64,000 nucleotides of DNA, taken from positions 70,189-134,188 of the forward strand of contig JABHRS010000035.1 in NCBI GenBank assembly GCA_018670085.1, written 5' to 3'. A model generated the notes under the pieces. The model was given only the letters and a program-made list of their open reading frames with translations, did no database searches and was not told the origin of the DNA. Shown here piece after piece: positions 19,481 to 29,559 of this stretch. The number at the start of each line of letters is the position of its first letter. Position 1 is the first letter of the stretch. Source of the DNA: an archaeon. GTDB lineage: Archaea > Nanobdellota > Nanobdellia > Woesearchaeales > GW2011-AR9. A program made the translations under genes and the position numbers.

Positions 19481-19618
19481 ACTAACAATTGGCAATCAAT
19501 GGTATTTAAACATTATTCTTCTACTGACTATCCAGAAAGAATTTTGCCAATGATTATGCACTAGCAACAAGCATCAAAATTAAAAAAACGCAGTAACAAC
19601 AAAGATACATCAAAATAT

Positions 19619-20095
19619 TTAATAGATAAATTCTACTTTCTTTATTTGACGCATATCACGATATTTTAAATGTAATTTCTTAGTATTTTTTCCAATACCA
19701 ATCAACACAATATCTTTACCCATTGCTTTAACTCTAAAAATATCCCCACCATAATTAACAGTGTCTCCTTTGGAAAATCCAGGTAAACGAAACAATGCAG
19801 TTAATCGATAAGCATCTTTACCTTTAACCTGAGTATGTAAACTAGAACTATATATTAATTGACCACCAAACTTCTGTTGTAGACGCTTACCAATCGCCCG
19901 AGTATAATCATTATCACTGATGAAATAATCCTTTCCATTTTTAACCTTTCTAACATCACTTACTGCGATATGCCCTTCACCCAAATCCTTTTCTACAAAT
20001 GCTACAACAGCATCATTAATATTACGAATCTGTAATATGCCCTCAAAATACCTTGAATGTTTTCCTTCTAACGATCTAACCATTTTATTCTTCAA
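19619..20095 (-). CDS. NMD3-family-like protein (short form lacking the Zn-binding N-terminus)
   Basis: YFEGILQIRN, GKDYFISD, FGG...SSSLHT...RLTALFRLP follow the conserved NMD3 core pattern (xxQLR, GxDFYF, RLP). An alternative ATG exists at 20083. Confidence 0.55.
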   Translation of the reverse strand: MKNKMVRSLEGKHSRYFEGILQIRNINDAVVAFVEKDLGEGHIAVSDVRKVKNGKDYFISDNDYTRAIGKRLQQKFGGQLIYSSSLHTQVKGKDAYRLTALFRLPGFSKGDTVNYGGDIFRVKAMGKDIVLIGIGKNTKKLHLKYRDMRQIKKVEFIY

Positions 20096-21644
20096 TCCCC
20101 AATTTTTCTAAGATTAAATCAACTGAAAAAGGCAATAAATCTTGATATTCTTGACCCATACCCAAATACAAAATTGGTTTACCAGTCACATAACAGATAC
20201 TAAGTGGCGCACCACCCATTTCATCAATATCTGCCTTTGTTAAAATAACTCCATCGATTCCAAGTGTAGATTCATATTTCTCAGCTTGTTCAACACAATC
20301 ATTCCCAGTAATACTTTCACCAATAAAAATTTTACAATCAGGTTTTGCAACCCTCATCATTTTTTCAAGCTCTGCCATTAAGTTAGTATTTGAATGTAAA
20401 CGTCCAGCAGTATCAATTAAAACTACATCAATATTATTTTTTTCAGCATATTTTTTAGCATCAAATGCCACCGCTGCAGCATCGCTCCCATAATCATGTT
20501 TAATTAATTTTGTTTCTAATTTATCAGCATGATCTTGTAATTGATCAATTGCAGCTGCTCTAAATGTATCGCCTGCTGCCAAGACAACGCTAAGCCCTTT
20601 GGATTTTAATAAATGAGTTAACTTTGCAATAGTTGTGGTTTTACCACTCCCATTAATTCCAAAAAAGATAATAGTGTACGGTTTTTCCTCTTTTTTAAAT
20701 TCAGCAATTTCAGCAAGTAAATCCTTTGTATCAATTGACAATATATCTCGCAGAGTAGTAGCCAAAACTTCTTGAATTTTTTTAGCAACATCTCTTGGGA
20801 GTGGTTTATCAACCAGTTCCAAAGAAAGATCAGATTTAATTCTATCAATAACTTTCACAGACACATTACTCTCCAGCAAAACAATTTCTAAATCCCAAAA
20901 TAACTCTTCAAATTTTTCTAAATTAATAGTTTTAGTAGTTAATTTTTCTTTAATCTTAGAGAAAAAAGATTTTTTTTCAGCTACTGGTTCTTCAAGAATT
21001 TTCTTCTCTTCAGCTTTAATTACAGATTCAGACTCAATTGCTTCAATTGTTTCAGCTGATTCAATCTCTTCTTTAGTCTCTGGAACTACTTCTTTCACAG
21101 TTTCTAAGATCAATTCTACATTCTCTTCTACTGCCTCTTTATGTTCTTCAGAATCAATTTCTTCATCAGCATCCAAATCCAAAAGTTCAGCTTTGCTTGG
21201 TTCCGGAGCAATTTCATCAGCAACCTCAACTTCACTAGCATCTTTTGTTTCTTCTTTTGACTCATCTAAATCCAAAGAAAGTAACTCATCTGCTGTGGGT
21301 AAAGATTCCCCAGATTCGTCAACCAAATCAGCAACTTTTTCTTCGACCAATTCTTCAACTTCAGATTCAACTTCAACAGCATCAACTTCTTGTAAAACTA
21401 CTTCTTTATCATTTTCTTTTTCTTCAAGAACAACTTTATCATCTTCAGAAACAATGGATTCATCTGATACTTCATCCAAAATTTCAGCTTTACTTAGTTC
21501 AAGTGCATTTTCATCAGAAACTTCTACAGGCTGCTCTGTTTCTTTTGCTTCAACTGATTCAACTTCAGCTTCAATCTCCTCTTCAACCTTTTTAGAAAAA
21601 ATAGAAAATGTTTTCTTTAATTTATCCTTTAATTTTCCAAACAT
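20085..21644 (-). CDS. ftsY: Signal recognition particle receptor FtsY with a roughly 220-aa acidic N-terminal region
   Basis: The SRP GTPase motifs are present: GINGSGKTTTIAKL, DTAGR, TKADIDEMGG. The N-terminus is E/D/V low complexity. Confidence 0.95.
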   Translation of the reverse strand: MFGKLKDKLKKTFSIFSKKVEEEIEAEVESVEAKETEQPVEVSDENALELSKAEILDEVSDESIVSEDDKVVLEEKENDKEVVLQEVDAVEVESEVEELVEEKVADLVDESGESLPTADELLSLDLDESKEETKDASEVEVADEIAPEPSKAELLDLDADEEIDSEEHKEAVEENVELILETVKEVVPETKEEIESAETIEAIESESVIKAEEKKILEEPVAEKKSFFSKIKEKLTTKTINLEKFEELFWDLEIVLLESNVSVKVIDRIKSDLSLELVDKPLPRDVAKKIQEVLATTLRDILSIDTKDLLAEIAEFKKEEKPYTIIFFGINGSGKTTTIAKLTHLLKSKGLSVVLAAGDTFRAAAIDQLQDHADKLETKLIKHDYGSDAAAVAFDAKKYAEKNNIDVVLIDTAGRLHSNTNLMAELEKMMRVAKPDCKIFIGESITGNDCVEQAEKYESTLGIDGVILTKADIDEMGGAPLSICYVTGKPILYLGMGQEYQDLLPFSVDLILEKLGIEE

Positions 21645-21709
21645 CTTCAGTCTCTCCTAGTTAGTTTTCAGTGTGAATTTTCAATATAAACATGTAACAA
21701 TTTTTTATT

Positions 21710-22138
21710 TTAATTAACCCTAGCATTAGATTCTTCCATCTCAAGTTTAGTGATAGTTTCCAAAATAGTATTAGAGATTGTTTGCATTTCTGTCTCAATT
21801 AATTTGCTCTGATGCATCATCTTAACATCATGACCTTTAACCATCTCGATAACATCAGCAATTGGTTTTTCAACAGTAATCCCATTTCCGATATTAACAA
21901 TAGCAACACTTGAGTCATTTAACTTTGTTTTAACAAAAATCCCATCAGCAATTGGTGACAATATCTCTGTCCCATTTTCGGTTATTCTTAACTCATCAAG
22001 AGCATTCACAGTAATTGCAATAGTTTCTTGTTTTTCTTGAATTTCTTCAAGTTGTTTAGAAAGATCCTCTAATTGTTCTTGCATCTGCTGAAGTTGCATT
22101 ATTTGCTGCATATTATCCATATTAAATGACTGATCCAT
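21710..22138 (-). CDS. pfdA: Prefoldin alpha subunit
   Basis: It is 142 aa. N- and C-terminal coiled coils flank two beta-hairpin segments (ILSPIADGIFVKTKL..., VNIGNGITVEKPI). Confidence 0.75.
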   Translation of the reverse strand: MDQSFNMDNMQQIMQLQQMQEQLEDLSKQLEEIQEKQETIAITVNALDELRITENGTEILSPIADGIFVKTKLNDSSVAIVNIGNGITVEKPIADVIEMVKGHDVKMMHQSKLIETEMQTISNTILETITKLEMEESNARVN

Positions 22139-22263
22139 ACTAGTATTTTAACATAGATCATTTATAAAGACTTGCTTTCTTTTTTAAATGAGCCTCAGAT
22201 TTAACTCCTAGAAAGTAACTATCAGGGAAATATTTTTAAAAGATGTTCTAAATCCGACATTTT

Positions 22264-23253
22264 ATGTCAATTATTCCATTCACAGAGAGATATATATTTG
22301 AAATTAGTTATGGTATAGCTGAAACTCCAAATCTTTCCTGGGCTGCAAACAAAGAAGCAAAATCAGATAAGGTAAATATCCCTGATCTTCATAATGGTGG
22401 AACAATAGATGGCCTACTAACTGCACTTAATCAGATTGACGAATCAAGATTGGCTGGAAAGTTACTTCTAAAAATTCACAACAATGGAAATTTAAGAGAT
22501 TTGAGTGACGTAATGGATGGCACAACTTGTGGAATCCAAGAATATTTGACTAGTTTAGATTCTTTTAATGGGGCAGATGGCACAGCAAATTTCGATTGGG
22601 AAAAGAGAATGAGATTTGAAGTCCAAGATGCCATTGCAATAGTTGAACAGCTTAAAAAAGGCGGAATAGATCCAAACGTTACTGAAAGATTAGCATATAA
22701 TCTTCTTAGAAAAAATGAAATTGACCCATTGACAGGATTAAACACCAAATTTGGTTACATGCTTAAAAAAATAAAACGTGAAAAAAAATTATTAAGAGAT
22801 AACTTACCTGAAGGAACCAAACATTATTTCTTAACCGCAGATGTCTGTTCTATGAAAATTGGTAATCAAAACATTGGAGAAGGAAATGTTGATTTGTATT
22901 TAACTGCTGCAGCAACTGCATTTAGAGATTCTCTTCGAACTAGTTCATATGAAGATTTAAGTTGGGATGAAGATTCAATTAGAGATAAAAATCCAAAAGG
23001 TTATCGTAGAGGCGAAGATAAAAGTAGCGAAAAAGAGAGAAACCATAAGCTAAGCAATATATCTGACATCATTTTACCTGGCCTAAAGGAAAGAGCAATT
23101 AATTTAAGACCGAATGGATCAGGTGGAGATGAATTAGTTGCAAGCATATATACCTCAAACGATCCAAGGTCAATTGAAGTTATGGTTGAAAGAATTAATA
23201 GAAATATGTACAAAGCAATGTGTGAAGTTCAGTTAGGAGTTTCTAACAGATAA
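22264..23253 (+). CDS. Divergent GGDEF-like nucleotidyl cyclase palm-domain protein (GGDEL variant) with an unknown N-terminal domain
   Basis: The motifs appear in canonical GGDEF-domain order. DPLTGLN is at aa 154-160. YFLTADVCSMKIGNQNIGEGNVDLYL compares with hhDhDxFKxhNDxxGHxxGDxxL. RPNGSGGDELVASIY is at aa 282-296. A roughly 50-aa charged insert lies between them. Confidence 0.55.
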   Translation: MSIIPFTERYIFEISYGIAETPNLSWAANKEAKSDKVNIPDLHNGGTIDGLLTALNQIDESRLAGKLLLKIHNNGNLRDLSDVMDGTTCGIQEYLTSLDSFNGADGTANFDWEKRMRFEVQDAIAIVEQLKKGGIDPNVTERLAYNLLRKNEIDPLTGLNTKFGYMLKKIKREKKLLRDNLPEGTKHYFLTADVCSMKIGNQNIGEGNVDLYLTAAATAFRDSLRTSSYEDLSWDEDSIRDKNPKGYRRGEDKSSEKERNHKLSNISDIILPGLKERAINLRPNGSGGDELVASIYTSNDPRSIEVMVERINRNMYKAMCEVQLGVSNR

Positions 23254-23329
23254 TCTATTTGAGAAATTTAAATAAAAATTAAAAAAAACAAAAAAACAAA
23301 AAAAATATTAAAACATAAAATACCAAAAA

Positions 23330-23533
23330 TCAAATTTTCTTCAATAAAGATTCTAATTTACTTTTATATTGAGCTTCTACTTTAAGAAAACTCAAATCTT
23401 CGGAAACTGCCGCTGACTTAGTTAAATACTCAGCATTCACTAACATTAATTTTTTAATATCTTTCTTGAAATGAGCAATTTCCTTTGCCACTAGAATCTT
23501 AATTATTTCCTTTTCCTCTTTTGTAAAAACCAT
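23330..23533 (-). CDS. Hypothetical small helical protein (67 aa)
   Basis: An ATG ORF with K/E-rich helical composition, in an otherwise empty gap. Confidence 0.4.
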   Translation of the reverse strand: MVFTKEEKEIIKILVAKEIAHFKKDIKKLMLVNAEYLTKSAAVSEDLSFLKVEAQYKSKLESLLKKI

Positions 23534-23631
23534 AAAATTAAACAGCCATTTAGACTTTATAAAAACATCGAATATCTCTTGTAACGAATCACCTTAGAAT
23601 AGTTTTTAAATGAGCCCAAAATCAACAATAT

Positions 23632-24654
23632 ATGCTAAGCAAAGTCCAAATCGCAGAACTTGAAAAACAACAATACCGGATGGTAGGAGACCACAGTGCA
23701 GTTAAAGTATGTGGATGGACCAAAAATATGTTAACTGGCAAAGGTGGATGTTACAAGTATAAATTCTATGGGATTCGTAGTCACCAATGTATGCAAATGA
23801 CAAGCTCCATGCACTGTGCTAATAGATGTACATTTTGTTGGAGAGGAGAAAAAGCGCCAGTTCAAAAAAAATGGAATGGAGTGGTTGATTCACCTGATGA
23901 GATTATTGAATTATCTAAAAAAGAACATACAAAACTATTATTGGGTTATGGTGGAAATGATAAAACAAACTCAATGATGTACAAACAATCAAAGGAAGTA
24001 CGTCACGTTGCACTATCACTTACAGGAGAACCAATTGCGTATCCTAAGATAAATGAATTACTTGAAAAATTTCATCAACAAAAAATTTCCACATTTTTAG
24101 TAACCAACGCTCAGTACCCAGAACAGATTGAAAAAATCAAAAATATCACTCAATTTTATATCTCAGTTGATGCACCAAACAAAGTAAAATTAAAAGAAAT
24201 TGACAGGCCTTTATTTCCTGACTTTTATGAGAGGCTTCTAAAATCCCTTGACTTAATGAAACAAGCAACTTACCGGACTTGTATCAGGTTAACATTAATT
24301 AAAGGTCAAAACGATTTAGATATGGCAGGATATAAACAATTAATTGAGAGAGGTAGTCCAGACTTTATTGAAGTTAAAGGATACATGCATGTAGGAGCAT
24401 CTAGAAAATATTTAGAAAGAGAGAATATGCCTATGCATTCTGAAGTAGATGATTTTACCAAGGAATTAATTGAATCATTAGACGATTATGAGATAGTTAG
24501 CGAACATACTGCAAGTAGAGTTCTTTGTTTAATACACAAACGTATGAACAAACAACAGTATATTGATTTTCCAAAATTCTTTGAAATAGTAAACAATGAT
24601 GGGATTGCCAAAACATTGGATTATAGCAGTGATAAGATGACCCCAAATTGCTAA
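23632..24654 (+). CDS. taw1: tRNA 4-demethylwyosine synthase (Taw1/TYW1, radical SAM)
   Basis: The radical SAM motif CANRCTFCWR is present, together with upstream Cys residues (VKVCGWTK, GGCYK) typical of the auxiliary cluster. The size is archaeal Taw1-like. Confidence 0.88.
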   Translation: MLSKVQIAELEKQQYRMVGDHSAVKVCGWTKNMLTGKGGCYKYKFYGIRSHQCMQMTSSMHCANRCTFCWRGEKAPVQKKWNGVVDSPDEIIELSKKEHTKLLLGYGGNDKTNSMMYKQSKEVRHVALSLTGEPIAYPKINELLEKFHQQKISTFLVTNAQYPEQIEKIKNITQFYISVDAPNKVKLKEIDRPLFPDFYERLLKSLDLMKQATYRTCIRLTLIKGQNDLDMAGYKQLIERGSPDFIEVKGYMHVGASRKYLERENMPMHSEVDDFTKELIESLDDYEIVSEHTASRVLCLIHKRMNKQQYIDFPKFFEIVNNDGIAKTLDYSSDKMTPNC

Positions 24655-24682
24655 AACAAAAAATAAAAAAAATCCAAACACA

Positions 24683-25372
24683 ATGACTAACACAAATATA
24701 CCAAAACATATTGCAATCATTCCAGATGGCAACCGTAGATGGGCAAAAGAAAAAGGCCTAGCTGCAAGTTTGGGGCATAAAAAAGCATCTGAAGCTGAAA
24801 AATTAAAAAAATTATACTTAGCTGCAAAAAAACTAAAAGTAGAATGTATCACTCTTTGGGGATTTTCAACAGAAAATTGGAAACGTAGTGAAACCGAAAA
24901 AAAATTTCTATTCGACTTGTTTACAAAACTGATAGATTCACTTAGTTCAGAATTACTTGAAGACCAGATCAGATTCATCCATATTGGACGACGGGACAGA
25001 TTACCAAAAGAATTAATGTCCAAAATAAGTACACTTGAAAATCAAACCTCATCTTTCACAGAGTTTACTTTATGTTTAGCCCTTGATTATGGTGGACGCG
25101 ATGAAATAGTGAGGGCAACAAATAAACTTTTAGCAGCAGGCAATCAAGTTACAGAAGAATCATTGACATCTGTCCTTGATACCAAAGACCTCCCAGATTT
25201 AGATTTAATTATTAGAACCAGTGGAGAACAACGTCTATCTGGTTTTATGCCATATCAAAGTGTATATGCAGAATTACTCTTTATCGACAAATATTTCCCT
25301 GACTTTTCAGTTGAAGATTTAGAAAATGCAATTAACAATTTTGGGTCACGTGCCAGACGCTTTGGAAAATAA
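24683..25372 (+). CDS. uppS: cis-Prenyltransferase (undecaprenyl diphosphate synthase family)
   Basis: HIAIIPDGNRRWAKEKG, FSTENWKR, RTSGEQRLSGF. Confidence 0.95.
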   Translation: MTNTNIPKHIAIIPDGNRRWAKEKGLAASLGHKKASEAEKLKKLYLAAKKLKVECITLWGFSTENWKRSETEKKFLFDLFTKLIDSLSSELLEDQIRFIHIGRRDRLPKELMSKISTLENQTSSFTEFTLCLALDYGGRDEIVRATNKLLAAGNQVTEESLTSVLDTKDLPDLDLIIRTSGEQRLSGFMPYQSVYAELLFIDKYFPDFSVEDLENAINNFGSRARRFGK

Positions 25373-25449
25373 AGAGATTAAAGAGAAAAAAAAGGAAGAA
25401 TACTTAGAAATTTAAAAAATTCCAAGAGAAATAAAAAATAATTAGCAAA

Positions 25450-27468
25450 TCACTTCTTAACAGTATTTTTCAAATACTCATTTAAAACCTTAATTGTATC
25501 CAGGCGGTTATGAACTTTAGTAATTTTCCGAGCAGCCTTTTTCATTTTAAATGCGTCTTTAATCCAAAGTGAAAACTCATTATCTTTACCAACACCATAG
25601 AGTAAGAATTCTTCATTACTCATATTTTTCAAAGATGAAACTAAACCTTCTAAATCTTCTATGATAGTTCCATCTTCAAGCTTAAAGGTGTTATATCGAG
25701 TAATGTGTGGTCTTTTCAGCATATTTTTTGTAGAGATATTTAATGAGAACATTGAAAGTGATACTTTTTGCATGATTAAAACAGCAAGGATCACAATTAC
25801 TACATAAGCAACTAATGTCCAAAGGTCAGTCCCAAGTTCTACAAATCCACTTTCAAAAATTAATGATTTCTTAAGTAACTCACTTGATAACATATAAGGA
25901 TTAAACATCAACAGATCCCTGATTGATTGAGAAAATGTTTCAATTGGTAAAATCAAGTTTGATAAAAAAGCTGAGATTGAACCAACTGAGATAAACCCAA
26001 TAGTAAGTCCTTCTTGGGTCTTAAAAATATATCCAAGTAAATATCCAAAGAAGATGAAAAACGTGATTGTGAGTAATAAGATAGTAAATGTTACAGCATA
26101 ATTATTCATCACCGGAATCTCCAAATAAAATATTGCAGCAACCAAAACAACCGCAACTTGAAAAAATAGAATTGAAAAATTAGTTCCAAATCTTGCCAAA
26201 AGATGCATTAAATTACTTGTTGGGCTTGTATTGTTTCTAAAAAATGCTAAAGATTGTTTTTCAATATTAACCAAATTACTTGAAAGCATCATTCCAACAA
26301 ACACAATTAATAACATTAGATAATATGGAAACATAAATAATGACTTATCAGAACTTGATACAATCTCATTGAATTGAATTTCATATTCATTTTCTACATT
26401 TTGACCAGCAAGTGCACTGATAGTATTAGCTGATGTTTTAATGTTAGCTAAGCCAGCAGAAATCTCATCAATTTTTGATTCAATATCTGATATACTAGAA
26501 GCAATATTATCACTATTTGAAATCAACACATCACCACTTGCAATAGCCTCATTCAATTTTAAATTTAAAGATGACAATGAAGCCTGAAGAACTTCAATAT
26601 TTGCTGTAATGTTATCAGAATCAATAATTGCCTCCATCGCATCATACTCGGTTTCTAATGCAGTTTCAGAAACGACATAACTATCAACTTCACTCATTAA
26701 ATCTTCCAACTGATCATACAAAACTTCATAATCAGTTTCAACTAAATCAGAATTAACTTCAGATACTGACATTTCAAATTCAGCATCAGTTAGATCCAAT
26801 CCCAATTCCCCTGCAGCTGAAACAGATTCACTTGATGCAGATTTGATTGTGTCAATACTTGGATCAATAGTGTTATCAATAAAATCTCCTGCAGTATTAG
26901 CAATGGATTGAACAGAACCAATTTCAAGTCCTATTTCTTCAATAATTTGTTTTATCTTTTCCTCAGTCATCTCCTCTGACTTCCCTTCAATTTTTTGTCC
27001 AACTGAAAGCATGATCGACTCCACAATGTTTATCCGAGATTGGTCTACATAAAATACTACTTGCTTTTTATCAGAACCACTATCATCAACAATTTCTACA
27101 CCAACATCATCTGCAACATCAACTAAATCAGATAGATCATCATCCAACTCTAACTCATCAGCAGAACCAGGGAAATGTAAACACAAATTAACTTTCGAAG
27201 ATTTCATATCTTCAATACAATCATAAATCATAGTGTAATCAACTAAGCTATAACCCTCAGCAACCAAACTTTCTGTAAATTCATCAGCTGTTCCTTCAAG
27301 ATCACTTGTATCCACAACTCCAACTGAGAAAGATATTTCCTCACTAGAAGAAAATGTGAACAAGATCAGAGCAATGATAATCATAGGCCCAATGAAAACT
27401 GTAAAAGCAGAAGATTTAGATCTAAGTAATAATTTGAAATTTTTGTATAAAATTGTAAATAACTTCAT
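25450..27468 (-). CDS. ABC-2 type permease with a large extracytoplasmic coiled-coil (YhgE/Pip-like) insert and a C-terminal soluble extension
   Basis: An N-terminal TM is followed by about 340 aa of acidic/coiled-coil region, then five or more TM segments and a roughly 100-aa tail. Its start overlaps the stop of the upstream ATPase gene in ATGA. Confidence 0.8.
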   Translation of the reverse strand: MKLFTILYKNFKLLLRSKSSAFTVFIGPMIIIALILFTFSSSEEISFSVGVVDTSDLEGTADEFTESLVAEGYSLVDYTMIYDCIEDMKSSKVNLCLHFPGSADELELDDDLSDLVDVADDVGVEIVDDSGSDKKQVVFYVDQSRINIVESIMLSVGQKIEGKSEEMTEEKIKQIIEEIGLEIGSVQSIANTAGDFIDNTIDPSIDTIKSASSESVSAAGELGLDLTDAEFEMSVSEVNSDLVETDYEVLYDQLEDLMSEVDSYVVSETALETEYDAMEAIIDSDNITANIEVLQASLSSLNLKLNEAIASGDVLISNSDNIASSISDIESKIDEISAGLANIKTSANTISALAGQNVENEYEIQFNEIVSSSDKSLFMFPYYLMLLIVFVGMMLSSNLVNIEKQSLAFFRNNTSPTSNLMHLLARFGTNFSILFFQVAVVLVAAIFYLEIPVMNNYAVTFTILLLTITFFIFFGYLLGYIFKTQEGLTIGFISVGSISAFLSNLILPIETFSQSIRDLLMFNPYMLSSELLKKSLIFESGFVELGTDLWTLVAYVVIVILAVLIMQKVSLSMFSLNISTKNMLKRPHITRYNTFKLEDGTIIEDLEGLVSSLKNMSNEEFLLYGVGKDNEFSLWIKDAFKMKKAARKITKVHNRLDTIKVLNEYLKNTVKK

Positions 27469-28637
27469 TTTGGACCTGCTCCATTTTCTTTATCATCCAC
27501 ATTTTTAGTTTCTGATTTACTAGTTGATTTGCTAGCTGATTTTTTATGCCGTCTTGATTTTCGATGTTTTGTCTTTTTAACTTTAGCTTTATGTTTATTC
27601 TTAAATTTTTTTGGATTACGGATCTTATTTTCATCCACATTGATTACAAGTTTAGAATTCTCTATCTCTACAAAAATCTTATCCAAACTAGGTTTACTAA
27701 TTTCAATCTCCAAAATTTGCTCATTTTGGATATCCAAAATTTTCATTAGTTCACGAATCACAGAGCTAGTATTTGAAGTATCAATTGTAAGTTTTTTATT
27801 TTTTGAATTCCAATCTTTTATTGATTTATCAGAAGTTTTCTTAAGTGCAGTCATAATCTTTTTGTAATTTCCAGGTTTTGATTGTAAGAAAATACTTTCT
27901 TCTAAAGAATGACAAGCCTTAATCTCACTTGGAGAACCATTAGCTGCAACATTCCCATCTTTGAATATGATCAACCTGTCACAAAGATCTTCCAACTCAC
28001 TAATGTTATGACTTACAATAATGATTGTAGTACCTTTATCATTAACCTCTTGTAATATTTCCCATATTTTTCCACTCAAAATTGGATCCAGATCTGAAGT
28101 TGGTTCGTCAAGAATCAAAATTTTAGGGTCATGTATTAATGAACATGCAATATTTAGTCTTTTTTGCATTCCACCAGACATACATTTTGCAATCACATTT
28201 TTTGAGTAATCTAAATCAACTAATTTCAACAAACTTTTTGCATTTAATTCCAAAGATTTTTTTGGAATATCATAAAGAGATCCAAAATACATCAAATTTT
28301 CCATTGCAGTTAAATTAGGATAAAAGCTAGGTTTTTGTGAAGCAAACCCATACATTTTTTTAAGAATTTTATTATTTTTAAACACCGAAACCATAGCAGT
28401 ATCATCAATACTGTTTATCAAATGTTTATCCCTAAATAAGATATCTCCTACTTCAGGTTTAACAAAACCAATAAGCATATTCAAAAATGTTGTTTTTCCT
28501 GAACCACTTTTCCCAATTATTCCTAAAATTTCAGAAGATTTAATCGTAAAACTCACATTATTAAAAATGAATTGTCGACCATAGATTTTAGTCACCCCTT
28601 CAATTCTAAACAAATCTTTTCTTTTATCAATTACCAA
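27465..28637 (-). CDS. ABC transporter ATP-binding protein with a Lys-rich C-terminal tail
   Basis: Walker A is GKSGSGKTT, the signature is MSGGMQKR and Walker B is ILILDEPTSDLD. The tail is KKFKNKHKAKVKKTKHRKSRRHKKSASK. It starts at TTG, and there is no in-frame ATG upstream of Walker A. Confidence 0.9.
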   Translation of the reverse strand: MVIDKRKDLFRIEGVTKIYGRQFIFNNVSFTIKSSEILGIIGKSGSGKTTFLNMLIGFVKPEVGDILFRDKHLINSIDDTAMVSVFKNNKILKKMYGFASQKPSFYPNLTAMENLMYFGSLYDIPKKSLELNAKSLLKLVDLDYSKNVIAKCMSGGMQKRLNIACSLIHDPKILILDEPTSDLDPILSGKIWEILQEVNDKGTTIIIVSHNISELEDLCDRLIIFKDGNVAANGSPSEIKACHSLEESIFLQSKPGNYKKIMTALKKTSDKSIKDWNSKNKKLTIDTSNTSSVIRELMKILDIQNEQILEIEISKPSLDKIFVEIENSKLVINVDENKIRNPKKFKNKHKAKVKKTKHRKSRRHKKSASKSTSKSETKNVDDKENGAGPK

Positions 28638-28870
28638 GATAATAATTAATGTTTTACCCTTTTTAAATCTAGCTAACTATTGAGAAGTAACTACTCATTT
28701 ATGCAAAAAATATAATTAAAAAGAACAGCTGATTAAGAGATAGATCATGGCAATGCGAGGAGTGAAACTTAAACAAAAATAAAAATAGATAAAAAAAATA
28801 AAAAATGTAATCAACAATAAACAATAAACAATTTTATGATGTTATGATTTTAAAAAATAAAAAACACAGA

Positions 28871-29488
28871 TTACTCCAAACAAGAATAGTATAAGTAAAA
28901 TCCATCATCAAGGGAACTCACTCGAAGGTGCGCTTCAACCATGTTTTCCTCAGGCAGAATAATGATCTCATCCTGATTAGGTAGATCTTCATAAATTCCA
29001 TCGCCTTGAGCTTCTAACGCATGATCAGGATCATCAACAATAACTTCAACCAAAGCATTTTCAAAATAAATGTCAAAATCAACAATTTCTATATCATCAC
29101 CTGACTGTGAACCTTCAAGAATAAAGTGCACATAATGATTACCTTGTTCCATGATAACCCCAGAGTAATCAGACAAAAATAAATTGTTCAACAAAAATTC
29201 ATCATTATATGAAGGCTCAAATAATAATCCAATTTTTTCATTATTATAATACTCAACCCCTGAAGGTAATAAAGTAACTACTTCTTCAGCATTGCCAGCA
29301 CCAAAATTCTCAATTCTGGTAAATTCTATAGTGATATAAGCATCATCGCATTGCTCTGACTCAAAAGTAAATGAATCCTTCAGTTGAATTGTAGTCACAT
29401 AATAGTTTGACAGAAACAACACTAAAATAAAAGAGAACAACATTACAAGACCCAGTATCATAAAAATTGTAATTTGCCCTTTTTTCAT
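28871..29488 (-). CDS. Putative archaeal type IV pilin-like protein (class III signal peptide)
   Basis: The N-terminus MKKGQITIFMILGLVMLFSFILVLFL has the short basic leader, Gly-Gln junction and hydrophobic helix seen in archaeal prepilin/archaellin signals. The rest is an acidic beta-rich domain. Confidence 0.5.
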   Translation of the reverse strand: MKKGQITIFMILGLVMLFSFILVLFLSNYYVTTIQLKDSFTFESEQCDDAYITIEFTRIENFGAGNAEEVVTLLPSGVEYYNNEKIGLLFEPSYNDEFLLNNLFLSDYSGVIMEQGNHYVHFILEGSQSGDDIEIVDFDIYFENALVEVIVDDPDHALEAQGDGIYEDLPNQDEIIILPEENMVEAHLRVSSLDDGFYLYYSCLE

Positions 29489-29559
29489 ATAATCAGAATT
29501 ATTTAACAGTTATTAAATGTATCAATTAACTTTATATAAAGATATAACTGAATCACAAC

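Noticed and set aside
21193-21660. The 155-aa and 116-aa plus-strand ORFs
   Set aside because: They are antisense to the acidic N-terminal region of ftsY. The Ser/Thr- or Leu/Gln-rich composition is typical of reverse-complement reading of GAA/GAT-rich sequence.
24529-25023. The 164-aa minus ORF overlapping the end of taw1 and the start of uppS
   Set aside because: It is antisense to two genes with unambiguous catalytic motifs.
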